A stretch of 64,000 bases of DNA from Amphiscolops sp. MND2022 (Eukaryota): assembly GCA_964187785.1 (NCBI GenBank), contig CAXLNC010000137.1, forward strand, positions 1 to 64,000, read 5' to 3'. The notes beneath the pieces were generated by a model. The model had not been told where the DNA came from. It ran no database searches and saw only the letters and a program-made list of their open reading frames with translations. Positions 30,203-41,620 of this stretch are shown piece after piece; position 1 is the first letter of the stretch, and the number at the start of each line of letters is the position of its first letter. The position numbers were made by a program, and so were the translations under genes.

Positions 30203-31985
30203 GCTTCAAGATGAGCCTCAGATAGCTTATCAGCAACAGCTTGACAGAGATACCAGCTTGAGCTTGCAATGCTTTAGCTTACCCAAATGCAGCAAGAACA
30301 ACTTAGAGAGCTTCAACCAGCTTGACCGAGTACAAAGCTTGAGCTTCCAGATGCTTGGCTCAATCAGTTTCAGCTACCAGCTTCAGGCAGATAGCTTTAA
30401 CAGAACCAGCTTTGAGCTTAGAGCCTCTATCTGTGCAGCTTTGCTTCAGACAACCAGGATCAGGAACAGTCAGCTTTACAGCTTTCAGGTTTCAGATCCG
30501 AACAGCTTTCAGCTTACAGGGTTCCAACTTAGCAATGCTTTAGCTTCAGGGGGAGTTAGGCAGACAACTTCCCAAAACCAGCTTGCAGCTTTGACCTTGA
30601 TAGCTTTGAGCACAAGAATGTCAGCTTGGATCTTGCACAGCTTGAGCTTAGCACTTGGTGCTTTCAAAGCCTCTTCAAGCAAGATAGCTTGGAGCAACTT
30701 AGCTTTCAACAAGAGCTTGCTTACAACATCTTTGTCAACAACAGCTTCACAAAGAACATCTTCAATGGGAGCTTTGCAAACAATAAGATCTTTGCAAACA
30801 ACATCTTTCCACAGATCAGCCTTCAGGATAGCTTTTGCAACAACATCTTCCAGAAGAGTAGCTTCAACATCAGCTTTGACAAGAAGACCTTTGAGCACAA
30901 CAAGTAGCTTGAGAACAACTTTGTCTTGTTTCAGCTTCTTGATTCACAACTTCTCATTCAACAAGAGCTTGGAAACTTGTCAGCTTGGTTATCTTCAAGA
31001 CAGCCTTGGACAAGAACCACCTTGCAACAATCAGCTTCAGCATGACAGCTTTAGCAACAAGAAGATTGAGAAGAAGGATGAGCTTCAGCAAAACCTTTGG
31101 GAACAGGAGCTTGAGAAAGTGCTTGCCAATAAAACTTGTTCGCTTGATCTTTCAGATGATCATCTTGAACAAAAGCTTTGGCAAATTCAGCTTCAGGAAC
31201 TCAGCTTCCAGCAGAACAATCAGAAGCAGGAACAGCAGCTTTCAGCAACAGTTCCAGACATGAAACTTTTGCAGCTTCATCTTTCCCAGCTTTGCCAACA
31301 AGATATAGCATCAGCATTCAGCAACCAGCTTCCAGAGGAACCTTGGTTAGCTTCAGGGCTTAGAACAGCAGCTTGGCCAGCAGCAGTTCAATCAGAGCAG
31401 CCCAGCTTCTCAAAGAAGGAGCTTGCAGAACAGGATCTTTCCAACATCAGCTTGGAAGAGTTCTTCCCAAAGAACTTTGGCAAACAGCTTTCAGACAAAC
31501 AGCTTTCAGCACAGCAGCTTCAGAACAAACAGCTTCAGAAGAACACCTTTCAGCAGCTCAGCTTGGAACACCCCAGCTTCACAGAGACGACCTTGCACAA
31601 AGAGCTTGCCACAACCTTTGCCAAGAACAGCTTGTTAGACAACCTTGTCTTTCAGAACTTCTTCTTTTCAACCTTGGCTTTCCAGAAGGTAGCTTCAGAA
31701 CAGCTTTCCGACAACAACCTTGACAAGAAGCAGCTTGCAGAAAACAACCTTGACAAGCAGCAGCTTTCAGAGAACACCCTCTACAAGAAGCAGCTTGACA
31801 AGAACAACTTCACCCAGACAGAAGAAGCTTGCAAAGAACAGCTTCTCACAACAGGCTTTCCAGCAGCCAGCTTGAACCAGCAACCTTTCAGCAACAGCTT
31901 GGTTCAGAGAAGTGAGGCCAAAGAAGCTTCACAACCAGAACTTCCCAGAGCTTCTAGCCGACCACCTTGCAAACAAGAACCTTGA
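30054..31985 (+). pseudogene. E2 frameshifted continuation 1 of the repeat-rich ORF
   Basis: Collinear with the middle of the E1 1596-aa ORF (e.g. QDSLGQE, KIEKKDEL, LRTAAWPAAVQS). Confidence 0.6.
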
Positions 31986-33362
31986 GAAGAACAGCTTGGC
32001 AACAACCAGCTTGCCAACAAGAACTTCAAGAAGACAGCTTCAGAAGAACCAGCTTGAGGAAGAGAACTTCACAGAGAACAGCTTTAAGGCACTTTGCCTC
32101 AGCAGCTTGAAGGCACTTTGCCTTCCCAGCCTTTCAGAACGAGCTTGCAAAGAAGAACTTCTACCAGAACAGCTTCTTCAACAGCAACAGCTTTTCAGCA
32201 GAGACTTCTTACAGGACAGCTTTTCAACCACCAGCTTTCCAGAACAGAGCTTCAACCTTGAAACCTTTCAGCCAGACAGCTTTCCAGCCAGCAGCTTGCT
32301 AGACAAGAGCTTCAGACCAGGAAATTTTCAGACAGCAGCTTGGCAGACAGGACCTTCAGGCAGGCAGCTTCAGAAACAGCAGCTTGACAGAAGGAACCTT
32401 CAGACACAGCAGCTTGGCAGCAACAACTTTCAGGACAGAAGCTTTGAGCAGAACAGCTTTGAGCACAACACCTTTGAGAAGACCAGCTTCCAGAACAAGA
32501 GCTTGGCAGCAAAGAGCTTTGAGGCCAGCAGCTTTGCAGAGCCCAGCTTTAGCAAGAGCAGCTTGACAACAAGCAGCTCATGGCAGAGCTTTGCAAAGAA
32601 GCTTGCGGAGACCAACTTTGCACAGAAGAGCTTCGAAGAGAACTTTGCAGCCAAGAGCTTCCAGCAGAACCTTGCAGAGAAGAGCTTTACAAGGAACAGC
32701 TTTGCAGAGAAGAACCTTCCAAGGGAGCCCTTTGCAGAGCACAGCTTCCACCAGAGCAGCTTTGCAAGGAGCAGCTTTCACACAACAAGCTTGAGAGAGA
32801 GCTGCTTGGCAGAGAGCAGCTTCACCAGAAGCACCTCAGCTTCGAGCAGTTTTCTCCAGAAGAGCTTTGAGACGAAGAGCTTTGAGAAGAAGAGCTTTGA
32901 GAAGAAGAACTTTGCAGAGACGAACTTTGACCAGAAGAGCTTTGACAACAAGGGCTTTGAGGAGCAGAGCTTTGCTAAGCAAAGCTTTGCCAACCAGAGC
33001 TTCTACAAGAAGAGCTTCGACAAGAAGAGCTTTCACAAGAAGAGCTTCGAAGAGCCCAGCTTTGAAGAGAAGACCTTTGAAGAGAACAGCTGGGACACGA
33101 GCAGCTTCTTAGAAAGCAGCTTGGTCCTGACCAGCTTCAACTTCAGCAGCTTTACTTGGAACAGCTTTCACCAGCAGAGCTTTACAGGAAAGAGCTTGAA
33201 GAACGACAGCTTTTACAGGAAGCTTCCGAGACAGACCTTGACTTCTGAGCTTTGGAGCTTTACGAGGCAACCTTCTCCTTTTGAGCTTCAAAGCTTGGCC
33301 CTGCGCACTTGCCCTAGATCAGAGCACCCTCAGCGGAGGCAGCTTGGTGACAAGCTGTCTCC

Positions 33363-33371
33363 GAGGGGGAG
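33363..33371 (+). promoter_or_regulatory. E2 polypurine tract (GAGGGGGAG)
   Basis: Purine run directly 5' of the 3' LTR. Confidence 0.85.
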
Positions 33372-33456
33372 TGCTAAGATGACTCTGACCATGGCTTGGG
33401 CTTTGGCTCAAGCTTCTGAGCTTGGTACAAAAGGGGAAGCTTGCCAGAGCTTAGCA
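33372..33456 (+). repeat. E2 3' LTR (85 bp)
   Basis: Identical to 26011-26095. Confidence 0.95.
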
Positions 33457-33477
33457 GACTCCAAGTTTCGACACCGA

Positions 33478-33674
33478 ATATGACCGGACCCAGGTTCCAC
33501 CGAACAATGGACATGATCCCCACCCTCCCCTGGAAGGCTAAAAGCCCTTCCGTTTCCAGACTTAGTACCAAAGTAAGTATAAAACAAGGGGACGCAAGGG
33601 GTGCGAGCGAGATACGACACCGAACTTCCTCCATTCATTTCCATTGTACGGTGCCCCGGTCGTCCAGTCATATT
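33478..33674. mobile_element. MITE-like family H (TIR AATATGACCGG/CCAGTCATATT), copy 1; copy 2 at 55838-56040
   Basis: Two similar copies of about 200 bp with inverted termini. Confidence 0.65.
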
Positions 33675-33803
33675 GGTCCCCGAAAGTTGACCCTTGGCAA
33701 GGTGTTCGGTGGGGGTGTGCTCAGGGCGTGCTCCTTAAGAGGGGAGAGGGTCTGTGGCTGAAATCAAGTGTCGAGATTGCCGATTCAGCGCCACTAAGCT
33801 TAC

Positions 33804-33905
33804 AACCGTCTTCACAGATTTCAATCCCTGGGGCGGCGTGCCACCAGCGACCCCACTGCCCCAGGTCACCAAGTCACCACTCTCAGACATCACTGCAAAT
33901 GCCCC
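33804..33905 (-). CDS. RCC1-like repeat gene, exon 4 (GAFAVMSESGDLVTWGSGVAGG...)
   Basis: AAG|G acceptor, GTAAG donor; continues ...IFSTK|GAFA... in frame and completes an RCC1-like repeat. Confidence 0.75.
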
Positions 33906-34224
33906 CTTATTGTAGGGCCGCGCTTAAGGGGATAAACCTAAAGGGGATGAATGCCCGTCTGCTTTTTCGTCGCGAATTCCTGCGCTTTCCCGCAGGGTGT
34001 CCTCCGAAAATCTCAGGAGCCTCCATAATATGACATCATCCCCGACCCCCCCCCTCCAACCTCCAAAATGCAGATTTTATTTTTATGGTCTCCTCGCTGT
34101 CTCTGATATCTGCGATTCCCAAATGCTGTCTGCTCAGAAAAGCGAGACTCTGCAAAAGGCAGCAGAAATCTGCGCTTGGGCTCGCTTTGTCCACTTGAGC
34201 TTGTCTCCTAAAGCGCGTCCTGAC

Positions 34225-34791
34225 CTTGGTTGAGAAGATCTCCGCACGCTGGCTCTCCCCGTGATTGCCAGCAATCATCTGCTTGGCGCATGATGATGAT
34301 AATGTGCCTATGTTAGCGCCCAAGGTCCGATCACCAATGGCATCAAGCTGTCCGTCTCGTGTAAGCACTGCACAGGCAGCGTCGTTCGAGTGAAGTTTTA
34401 ATGCAGGGGATGGCAGATTATTGTAGGCCCCGACAGGCAGAGAGTCTGAGTGAGCACCAACTTTGCCCCACACTACAACTGTGCCATCGGCCTTCAGCGC
34501 TACAAAGCCACCTTGGCGCTGACCACGAGATAGGGTTTCAATCTGAAGACAATCCGAAGACAGCAACGTCTCAGCAACCCCCATGCTACCGCCATAGTCT
34601 GGGCACCCCCAAGATGCCACTGCCCCATTCTCCTTCAGAGCTGCGAAAGCCCAACGGTTCGTGAAGACCTTGCAGACACCCTCTGAGAGTTGAGCTGAAA
34701 CACGGCCAGAGTCACCTCCCTTACTCGAATCGCCCCAGGCCACAACTGAGCCATCCTCTTTGATTGCAGCAAACGCACCATTGCTGGCGAC
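34225..34791 (-). CDS. RCC1-like repeat gene, exon 3
   Basis: CAG|G acceptor, AAG|GT donor, 189 codons; repeats AFAAIKEDGSVVAWG, AFAALKENGAVASWG, GFVALKADGTVVVWG. Confidence 0.85.
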
Positions 34792-36100
34792 CTGCCAGCT
34801 ATGGGAGACTGAGTCTTACCATTGCCATGCAAGTCAGTATGATTTTCTCTTTTGCCCAAATATTTCCTGTCGCTGTCGCTTCCGCTTCTGCTTTGTGTTG
34901 AGATTGGTTGCGACAAACTTTCTTTCGTATTCATGCTTACATGTGGATCGCAGCTTCAACATGCAGATTTGATGAACAGTTCACCTGGAGCTGATTTTCG
35001 CATTCGCATTCATAGTTTGGAAGTCATTGAACTCGGAAGGAAATTCTTTTGGAGTGCAACTTCTTGCTGGTTTTGGGGTCCTGGAGAACGGAGTTTAAAA
35101 AGTTATGAGCTTATGATGATTTTTGAGATGCGTTTCTGTGGATTTCTGTCCATTTGGACAAGAAGCCTCCACATGCGCCTGCAGACGCATCCCAATAATT
35201 CACCCTTGCGGACGAAAAATTCACTGTGCAGAAAGTCTCACGATGGTGTACACCTGCAATGCTGGAAGGGCGCTGCTGCATTCGCTAGTCAGCCGAGGCC
35301 AAGTTTAGTCATTGGTTTTGGAGGCATCCAGGCGGTCGACAGTGAATTTCCGTATCGGGTTCCTATCGTCGACACCACCGTTTCCAATTCGAAGCCTGAA
35401 ATTTGGTGAAGATTTCTCTTGGTGCGGGATGGATTTTCCCGCGCATTTCGGCCTCTGAAAAACGGTATTCGTGGGCTGCCCCCAGAGTAATGTGGAAAGA
35501 GGCCCCCAGAGCAATGAGAGCTATGACAAACTTTCCGGAATGTTTCCCGCAGTTGTTTTTGTTGCATTTTGAGCCCAAAACTTCGCATAATGCAAGGTTT
35601 TGGGCCCAAACACACTTGTTTTCTGAGGTCACCGGGCCCCAACAATTTGAGCGAACAAAAAAGAAGTGTCCAATGGACTTCAGAAAGTTACTGACCCCAT
35701 TTTTGTTAACCCCCCTCCGGAGGGACTTTTAAACAATGCTAAGCTATGAGAGGGAACACCCTTGAGACCGTGCCATTTCAACCTTACTTTGGGTGCACAG
35801 ACAGCTTCCTCAAAGTACTGTGTCAGATCAGTGCTTCCAAGCAAGGAGACCTACGAGAGCAAAGCAGTTCTAACCGTACCTTTGGGTTCCACTGAATTCA
35901 ATCCATACCCCACGCAATGCTGGCCGAGCTTGCAGTTCGGGGTCTTGGAGCACAAGGTTTTGTATACTACGCTGGTGCTGTGAACTGCAGCAGAGCACAC
36001 GCATAAGGGGTCGTTCTCACCAAAAGGGCTTTTTTTTTGAGCAATTTCTGGACCCCCCCTCGTCTAAGAAGCCCTTCTGAGAGCCTTTTTGAGAACCCCT

Positions 36101-36359
36101 TACCATCCTGGCTGAAATTATTACAAAATAATTCATTGGAACAATTATTTTTGTAATAATCTGTGCAATTATTGTACAATTAACTCCACCAGAACATTTT
36201 CTTTGTAATGTTGCTGCCACTGGTTTGTCCCTGTTTGCAAGAGAACATGCGAAGGAATTTGCTTTGTAAAGAGATTGTTTTGTAATTTTTACACAATTGT
36301 TTGTGCCAAAACGAGTCTTTTTGAAAAGTATTTTTGTAATATATTTGGCCGCGATGGTA
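36101..36359. mobile_element. MITE-like family J (TIR TACCATC/GATGGTA), copy 1; copy 2 at 56798-57037
   Basis: Two similar AT-rich copies with matching inverted ends. Confidence 0.7.
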
Positions 36360-39300
36360 AAACCCACCAAGGAACGTTCTGAGAACCCTTCTGGGAACCT
36401 TCAGATCTTGGAACCCCCCTTCTAAGAACCTTTCTTAGAAGCGCGTGCTGACATGCGACCCCTTAGGCCACTTAATGCAAGAGCACTGGAGTTGGGTGTC
36501 TCAAACCTTGGGCCTAGGCTAGGGGAAAAATTGCCCCCTGAATCGGTGGTCGTAGATAGTTCCGTGTTGAGTGCCCAAGCCGTGGCAGTTGCAATCGCTA
36601 GCGAATTCTGTCGCAGACTCGCAAACCATTCGCCATCGCCAGCGCTTAATTTCAGCAATTCACTTATGGGGTCGTTCGGGAAGAGTCACTGCAGAACATT
36701 TTCCGCAACTTTCTGCGAAATTTCCGCAACTTTCCGCAGAAGTTCCGCACCCTTTCCTGACACAATAAAACGTATTTTCTGCAAATTTCCGCGAACTTTC
36801 CGCAGAATTTCCGCAAACTTCCGCAAAAAACCCTTCGCTAACGACCCCATAAGTGTACTGTTGATAATTCGTGCCGTGCATCCCGCTTTTTCTTGGGATG
36901 TAGGGGAGCTTTGGGCAGGAGATAGAAGCGAATGTCCAAGGGGCCATGAAAGAGATGCTAGTTCAGGGGGCACTATCTGAGGCTCCTGGATGAAGCTGGA
37001 AGCCAGGGCACCACCCGGGATGGTCAGCACAAGCTGAACCAAAAACTTTACCGGACCAAAATCTCGGAAGCAAGGAAGAAAAGGTATGCACCACCACGGT
37101 GGAAACCCTCCTTTTCTTTTTCGGGGTCTGAGGCTCTATGGTGTATACCCTTCTTTCCGGACCTATGGTGTATGCCCTTTTCCCTTGTTTCCCAGGAAAA
37201 GGGTATACACCATAGCTTTCTTTGCTCTGTGACCTCGGGGTCAGGCCATAGACTGAGAAAGGAGGGGTGCCACGGTGGTGGTGTATACTCTTTTTTTTCC
37301 TGGGAAGGACGACTTTTCCAGGAGTTCGCGCAAAAACGTAATGCAAATCATGCAGAACAGTGTTAGCAAGTTTTCTGAGTAGTAAGGCTTTTTCTTTGAT
37401 CAGGAGGTAACCTCCACCCACCAAATATGTAAACTTTGGAGCGGTGGGGAGTCAGAAATGCCGGTGAGAAGGAGACAACTTCTAGCAGAGGATCGACAGA
37501 CATTCTAATTGTAGTGGCATTTCCAGAGAAATAAAATAAAATAATTTAGTCAGGCTGTAGGAGAAGGGGTGCTGCCTTTAAAGGAGTAGCTGTCATGACC
37601 AACGCCGAATACGTCAAAAAAAGACATGGTTGGCTATTCACTCGTTATTTGTAGGGCAAGCAAGGCAGGCAAGGGGATCTCCAGAACCACCAAGACTGTC
37701 AACACAGCTACAACCACCATGGAGGCTGCCACCCTTTAACTCAACGCCCCTTTTCGGACCCTTCAATTTCAAGGCACATGGAGGGAACGTCGATCCGGAG
37801 GAAAAACATGTAGCCACTCCACCGCCCTCCTCCCCGTTGACACCCTCCCACACCTCTGCGCTTCCCCCCCTCCTCCTCGGATACAACTCCCCCTTTCTCT
37901 ACTTCAATAAACTGAACCACTCTGCCCCAACCTGCAGAGCACTCCCTTTTCCCCTGCCCCCCCGACAGGGGGAAAAGAACACTTCCAAGATCTTCTTTCT
38001 TTGTTCTTTTTGGGTAAGAGGCTAGGAAAACCCCACCCAGAAAATAGATCTTTTCAATCTGCCAAACCTTTGAAGCATTGCTGGGAAAGAAGACCAAAAC
38101 CCCTGAAAGAGCAGGGAAGTCCTTGCAAATGAAAGCAAAGGAAGCCTAAAAGCAAAGGAAGCCTAAGAAGCAAGGAGAAGATGATCAGGGTTCCCGAAAC
38201 ACTGCTTCCTAACTGGAGGTGCACAAGAGTCAGTCTCCTGACTCTCCAAGTGACTGGGCCACCGTCACTTTGAAGAAGAGAGAGAGCCACCTCAAAACTG
38301 GTTCTCCTGTCTTCTTGCAGGCTCATTGCACCACCGCCAACTTCAAGGCCAAGAGACAGCACACGCGACAACGGACCATGCGAAATACGACTGTGGGAGA
38401 GCGTCAAAGTATCGCACAAAAGGGTGTTCGCGCTATTGACGCCCGAAATTCGCAGCTAGAAAATGGCTCAAATGCTACAAAAACCAGTGTTCGCGCTCCC
38501 GGGCTGTCACCGGACGAGCGTGAACACCCTTTTGTGTGATACTTTGGGGCTGGCTGTCACTGAGCCATCTCAAGTAAATTTTCGTGAGCACTAGCGTGAG
38601 CACTCCAGTGCAACCCTTCAGGGGGGGAGGCTTAGTCGAAATACCATCCCATATCGCGAGATACAGGTCGCACAACCCCTGTCGCCCTATGTTTTCTGTG
38701 GCATCGCAGACTATCACTGCTCACACCCCACTTTTTCCATAAAAATGGCCTATCGCAATCCCAAAGACAGGCCTTGGAGGGGGGAGTATCGCAGGCAGAG
38801 CTTGCCTCTGAAGCCTATCGTCCAATAGGGGGCATCGCATGAGATAGTATCGCCAATCGCGCTATAGTGGGAGACTACCGTTGACACGGAAATTAAAGTG
38901 AAATTAATTCCCCCAAAATATTTCTTCGCTTTCGCTTTCGTATCGATAATAATTGGGACAGATGACTTCTCACATTTAGGTCCACATAGATACCTCACCC
39001 CAATTTTTACTTTCGCTTTCGCTTTCGTAATTCTGAAGGTAATTAATTCGGAAATAATATTGTTCGCTTCGCTTTGATTTCTGTGTCAATGGTAAGGGGG
39101 GGGATTGACACAGAGAAAGTCAACCTTCGTGGGCATTTTTGTGCACACTTTCGTAAGCGCTCTCGCCTGCATTTTCATAAGCGCTGTCATGGGAGCCTTA
39201 GTGGGTCATATTTCGCTTTCGAGTGCTTGGTGCTTTCCTCATCAGCAGCAGACAAGCAAACTCAAGGAAAGCAAGAAGTTCGAGCGTCTGTAAACTGGGG

Positions 39301-40566
39301 AACGGAAGAAGGGGGCATTATGAAAGGGGTCTTCTCACTAAAAAGATGTCTCTAAGAGATCTAGAGCCTCGAGAAGATGGCTGGATTTTCCTTGTTTTTT
39401 CCTCCACGCTCTGGGGATTCTCTAAATGGATTTCTCTGGAATCTCAGAACCAGATTCTGAGAAGTGGACCATTTCGAGAACAACCCTTTCTGTCTTTGTG
39501 AGCTCGATGATCAGTGGTGTCTAAACGGTGGCTCGTTCAAGTTCTATGGGGGAGATTAATTCCTACAACCACTTTAACCACGATCCAATGCCTTTTCTCT
39601 GCACTCGTTTTTACCTGGTTGTGACGTCCTTTTTGGGACCGAAAAAACCATGACAGCCAGAGACGTGACGGGATTCTGCGCTTTTGTCTCCGCCCGGAAA
39701 TCGGGCAATTTTTTCCACTTGTTGGGGCGATTTCCTTACTAAACTACACAGAAAATCTGGAGAAACGGGAAAAATCCACTCGAGACAATTCGAAAAATCC
39801 AGTGGAGACGGCGCCCCGAAATCGCAGATTTCTGTCCCTTGTCGTGGCCGAATGTGTCCTGACCTCATAAGAAACCCCTAGGTGGCTGGGAATCTCCAAC
39901 TAGCATTTGGAAACCACAGATTACAGAACCCAGTCTATGTGTTTCTGGTGCATAAGTCAGTGCTTGCAATCTATGGACTTTACCTGTGGCCCCATAATTA
40001 CAGTCACGGGGTAAGATCCTGTTTGGAGTTTTGACGGCCCTTTGCTGTTCATTTAAGCCTCGTTTTGATCTTACCTGTTCATTTGAGCAGCGATTTGACT
40101 CCAAGTCAGACATGCGACCTTGAAACAGTTCAAACTGGCAACTCAAAACATCATAGGGAAGGATTTGGCAGGCACTGAGTATTCACAGTCCATGCGCCTT
40201 CGCATGAGCAGAGCATTTCTAAGTGTTGCTTTGCCCACCTTTCATGTGACATCGTGAAGATCGTCTTTGCCCAATCCTCGTCACGTTTCCATAATATGAT
40301 GGATAATGTTCATTTATTTTCAGCTGGATTTAGTCGATTTGAGGGTTTCAAATCAGATCGAGCGAGCTTTCGTTAATGTTACTCAATTTCAATCAGTTCA
40401 TGCAAGACACAAAACGAGGGAACATATTGAAAACTCGAAGGTGCGGCAAAACGACGCCTGATGGCTCTCTCTTGATGATCAAGCTGACAAGCGAATCTCT
40501 CAGACTTAGAGAACTCTGATCCTTTTTCTACTTGGGGTCAGTAGTTGTTGTGCAAGCCAACGAGAC

Positions 40567-40718
40567 CAGATCAACCACTCTTGCCGTCTTCATCTCCGCC
40601 TCAATCACAGGGCCGAAGGCTCCCCCACGCAAGGGATCACCCCAAACAACCACGGTCTTGTCCAACTTCCGCAGTGCAGCACAAGACTTCCCTGAGTCTG
40701 CCACAGCGACGACACCTC
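40567..40718 (-). CDS. RCC1-like repeat gene, exon 2 (GVVAVADSGKSCAALRKLDKTVVVWGDPLRGG...)
   Basis: AAG|G acceptor in phase 1 matches exon 1; CTG|GT donor in phase 0 matches exon 3; RCC1-like repeat. Confidence 0.8.
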
Positions 40719-40920
40719 CTTTTGAGAGAAGCTAAGTGAACCGGGGGGTTTCTGGCCTCCCTTCCTCAAAGTCGACCTTTTTCCGGCCACGTCCGCCCCT
40801 CTTCTGACTTCTTCGCCCTTTGCCGGAGAGTCTCAACAGCACCTGGGAAATCCAGAAAATGAAGCACAAAGGCTTATTCCTCGAATATCCTGTGATTTGC
40901 TCAAGCCCCCTTCTTAGGAC

Positions 40921-41620
40921 CTTGGAGCGCTTCTTCAATAACGGCTAGATCTGAACCGTAAGCTGGACAGCCCCATAACGCTACTCTGCCATCCTCCAAG
41001 TTGGCAGCGAAGCCACGGGTCAGGGCAATGAGCTCCAAGACGCCGCCAGCAGAACTCCACTCTGATGGAGCACCCCAACACTCCACCGCATAAGTCGCTT
41101 GTCGCAACAGGCATGTCAATTCGAGAGGAGGAAGAGGAAGGCGGAAACCAGTCTGCTCTGAGTCATTGTGCAGCTCCTGCCCTTGAAGATCCAGAAGGAG
41201 GTCCCACAGCATGACAGTCTTCCTCAACATAGAGTGACCCAAACAGAACTGTGCCTGTAGCCGACAAGATGAGGATGATGACGATGACCACAAGGAAGGC
41301 AAAGGCAGTGAAGACAATGATGACACACAAGATGCTGTTAATGTTTCCTCATCTTGCTTCTCCGGTTTTCCCCAGCCTGCAGCGCAAAGGTCGTCCTCAC
41401 GAAGCCTAAGAGCAACATCTGCGATGGTGGCAGAAGCTGGAAGCTCCGTCTCTAGAATGGTGGCGCCAGAACAGACCCTCACGACCACGTGCACAAGTCG
41501 CTCCTCGTCTCCCTCTTGTGTACTATCTTCCTCTGCTTCCTTCATGACCGTCTCCGCTCCCTGCTCTGGCTGAAAGTCTGGCAGTGCATCCTGTGCTTCC
41601 TGTGCTGCACCTTCCTCCAT
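40921..41620 (-). CDS. Ubiquitin-like plus RCC1-like repeat gene, exon 1
   Basis: ATG at 41620; acidic N-terminus, UBL-like VHVVVRVCSGATILETELPASATIADV, first repeat GFAANLEDGRVALWG; CAAG|GT donor. Exons 1-4 join in frame to 507 aa; the 3' end was not located. Confidence 0.8.

Larger units (their letters stand above)
26011..33456 (+). mobile_element. E2: full-length AGCT-rich non-autonomous LTR retroelement derived from Ty1/copia (7446 bp), diverged paralogue of E1
   Basis: Identical 85-bp LTRs (26011-26095, 33372-33456), PBS, PPT and the same domain order as E1; protease region 77/98 aa identical to E1 by manual alignment; no clean TSD. Confidence 0.93.
31912..33483 (+). pseudogene. E2 frameshifted continuation 2 (5-residue SF repeat array, reads through the 3' LTR)
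   Basis: Collinear with the last third of the E1 ORF (KSFEASSFAEPSF, RQPSPFELQSL). Confidence 0.6.

Noticed and set aside
39865-40146. Chain of micro-exon-like segments with GTAAG donors inside RCC1 intron 2
   Set aside because: Exons 2 and 3 already join in frame into a good RCC1-like repeat, and the spliced micro-exon translation resembles nothing; unsupported without RNA data.
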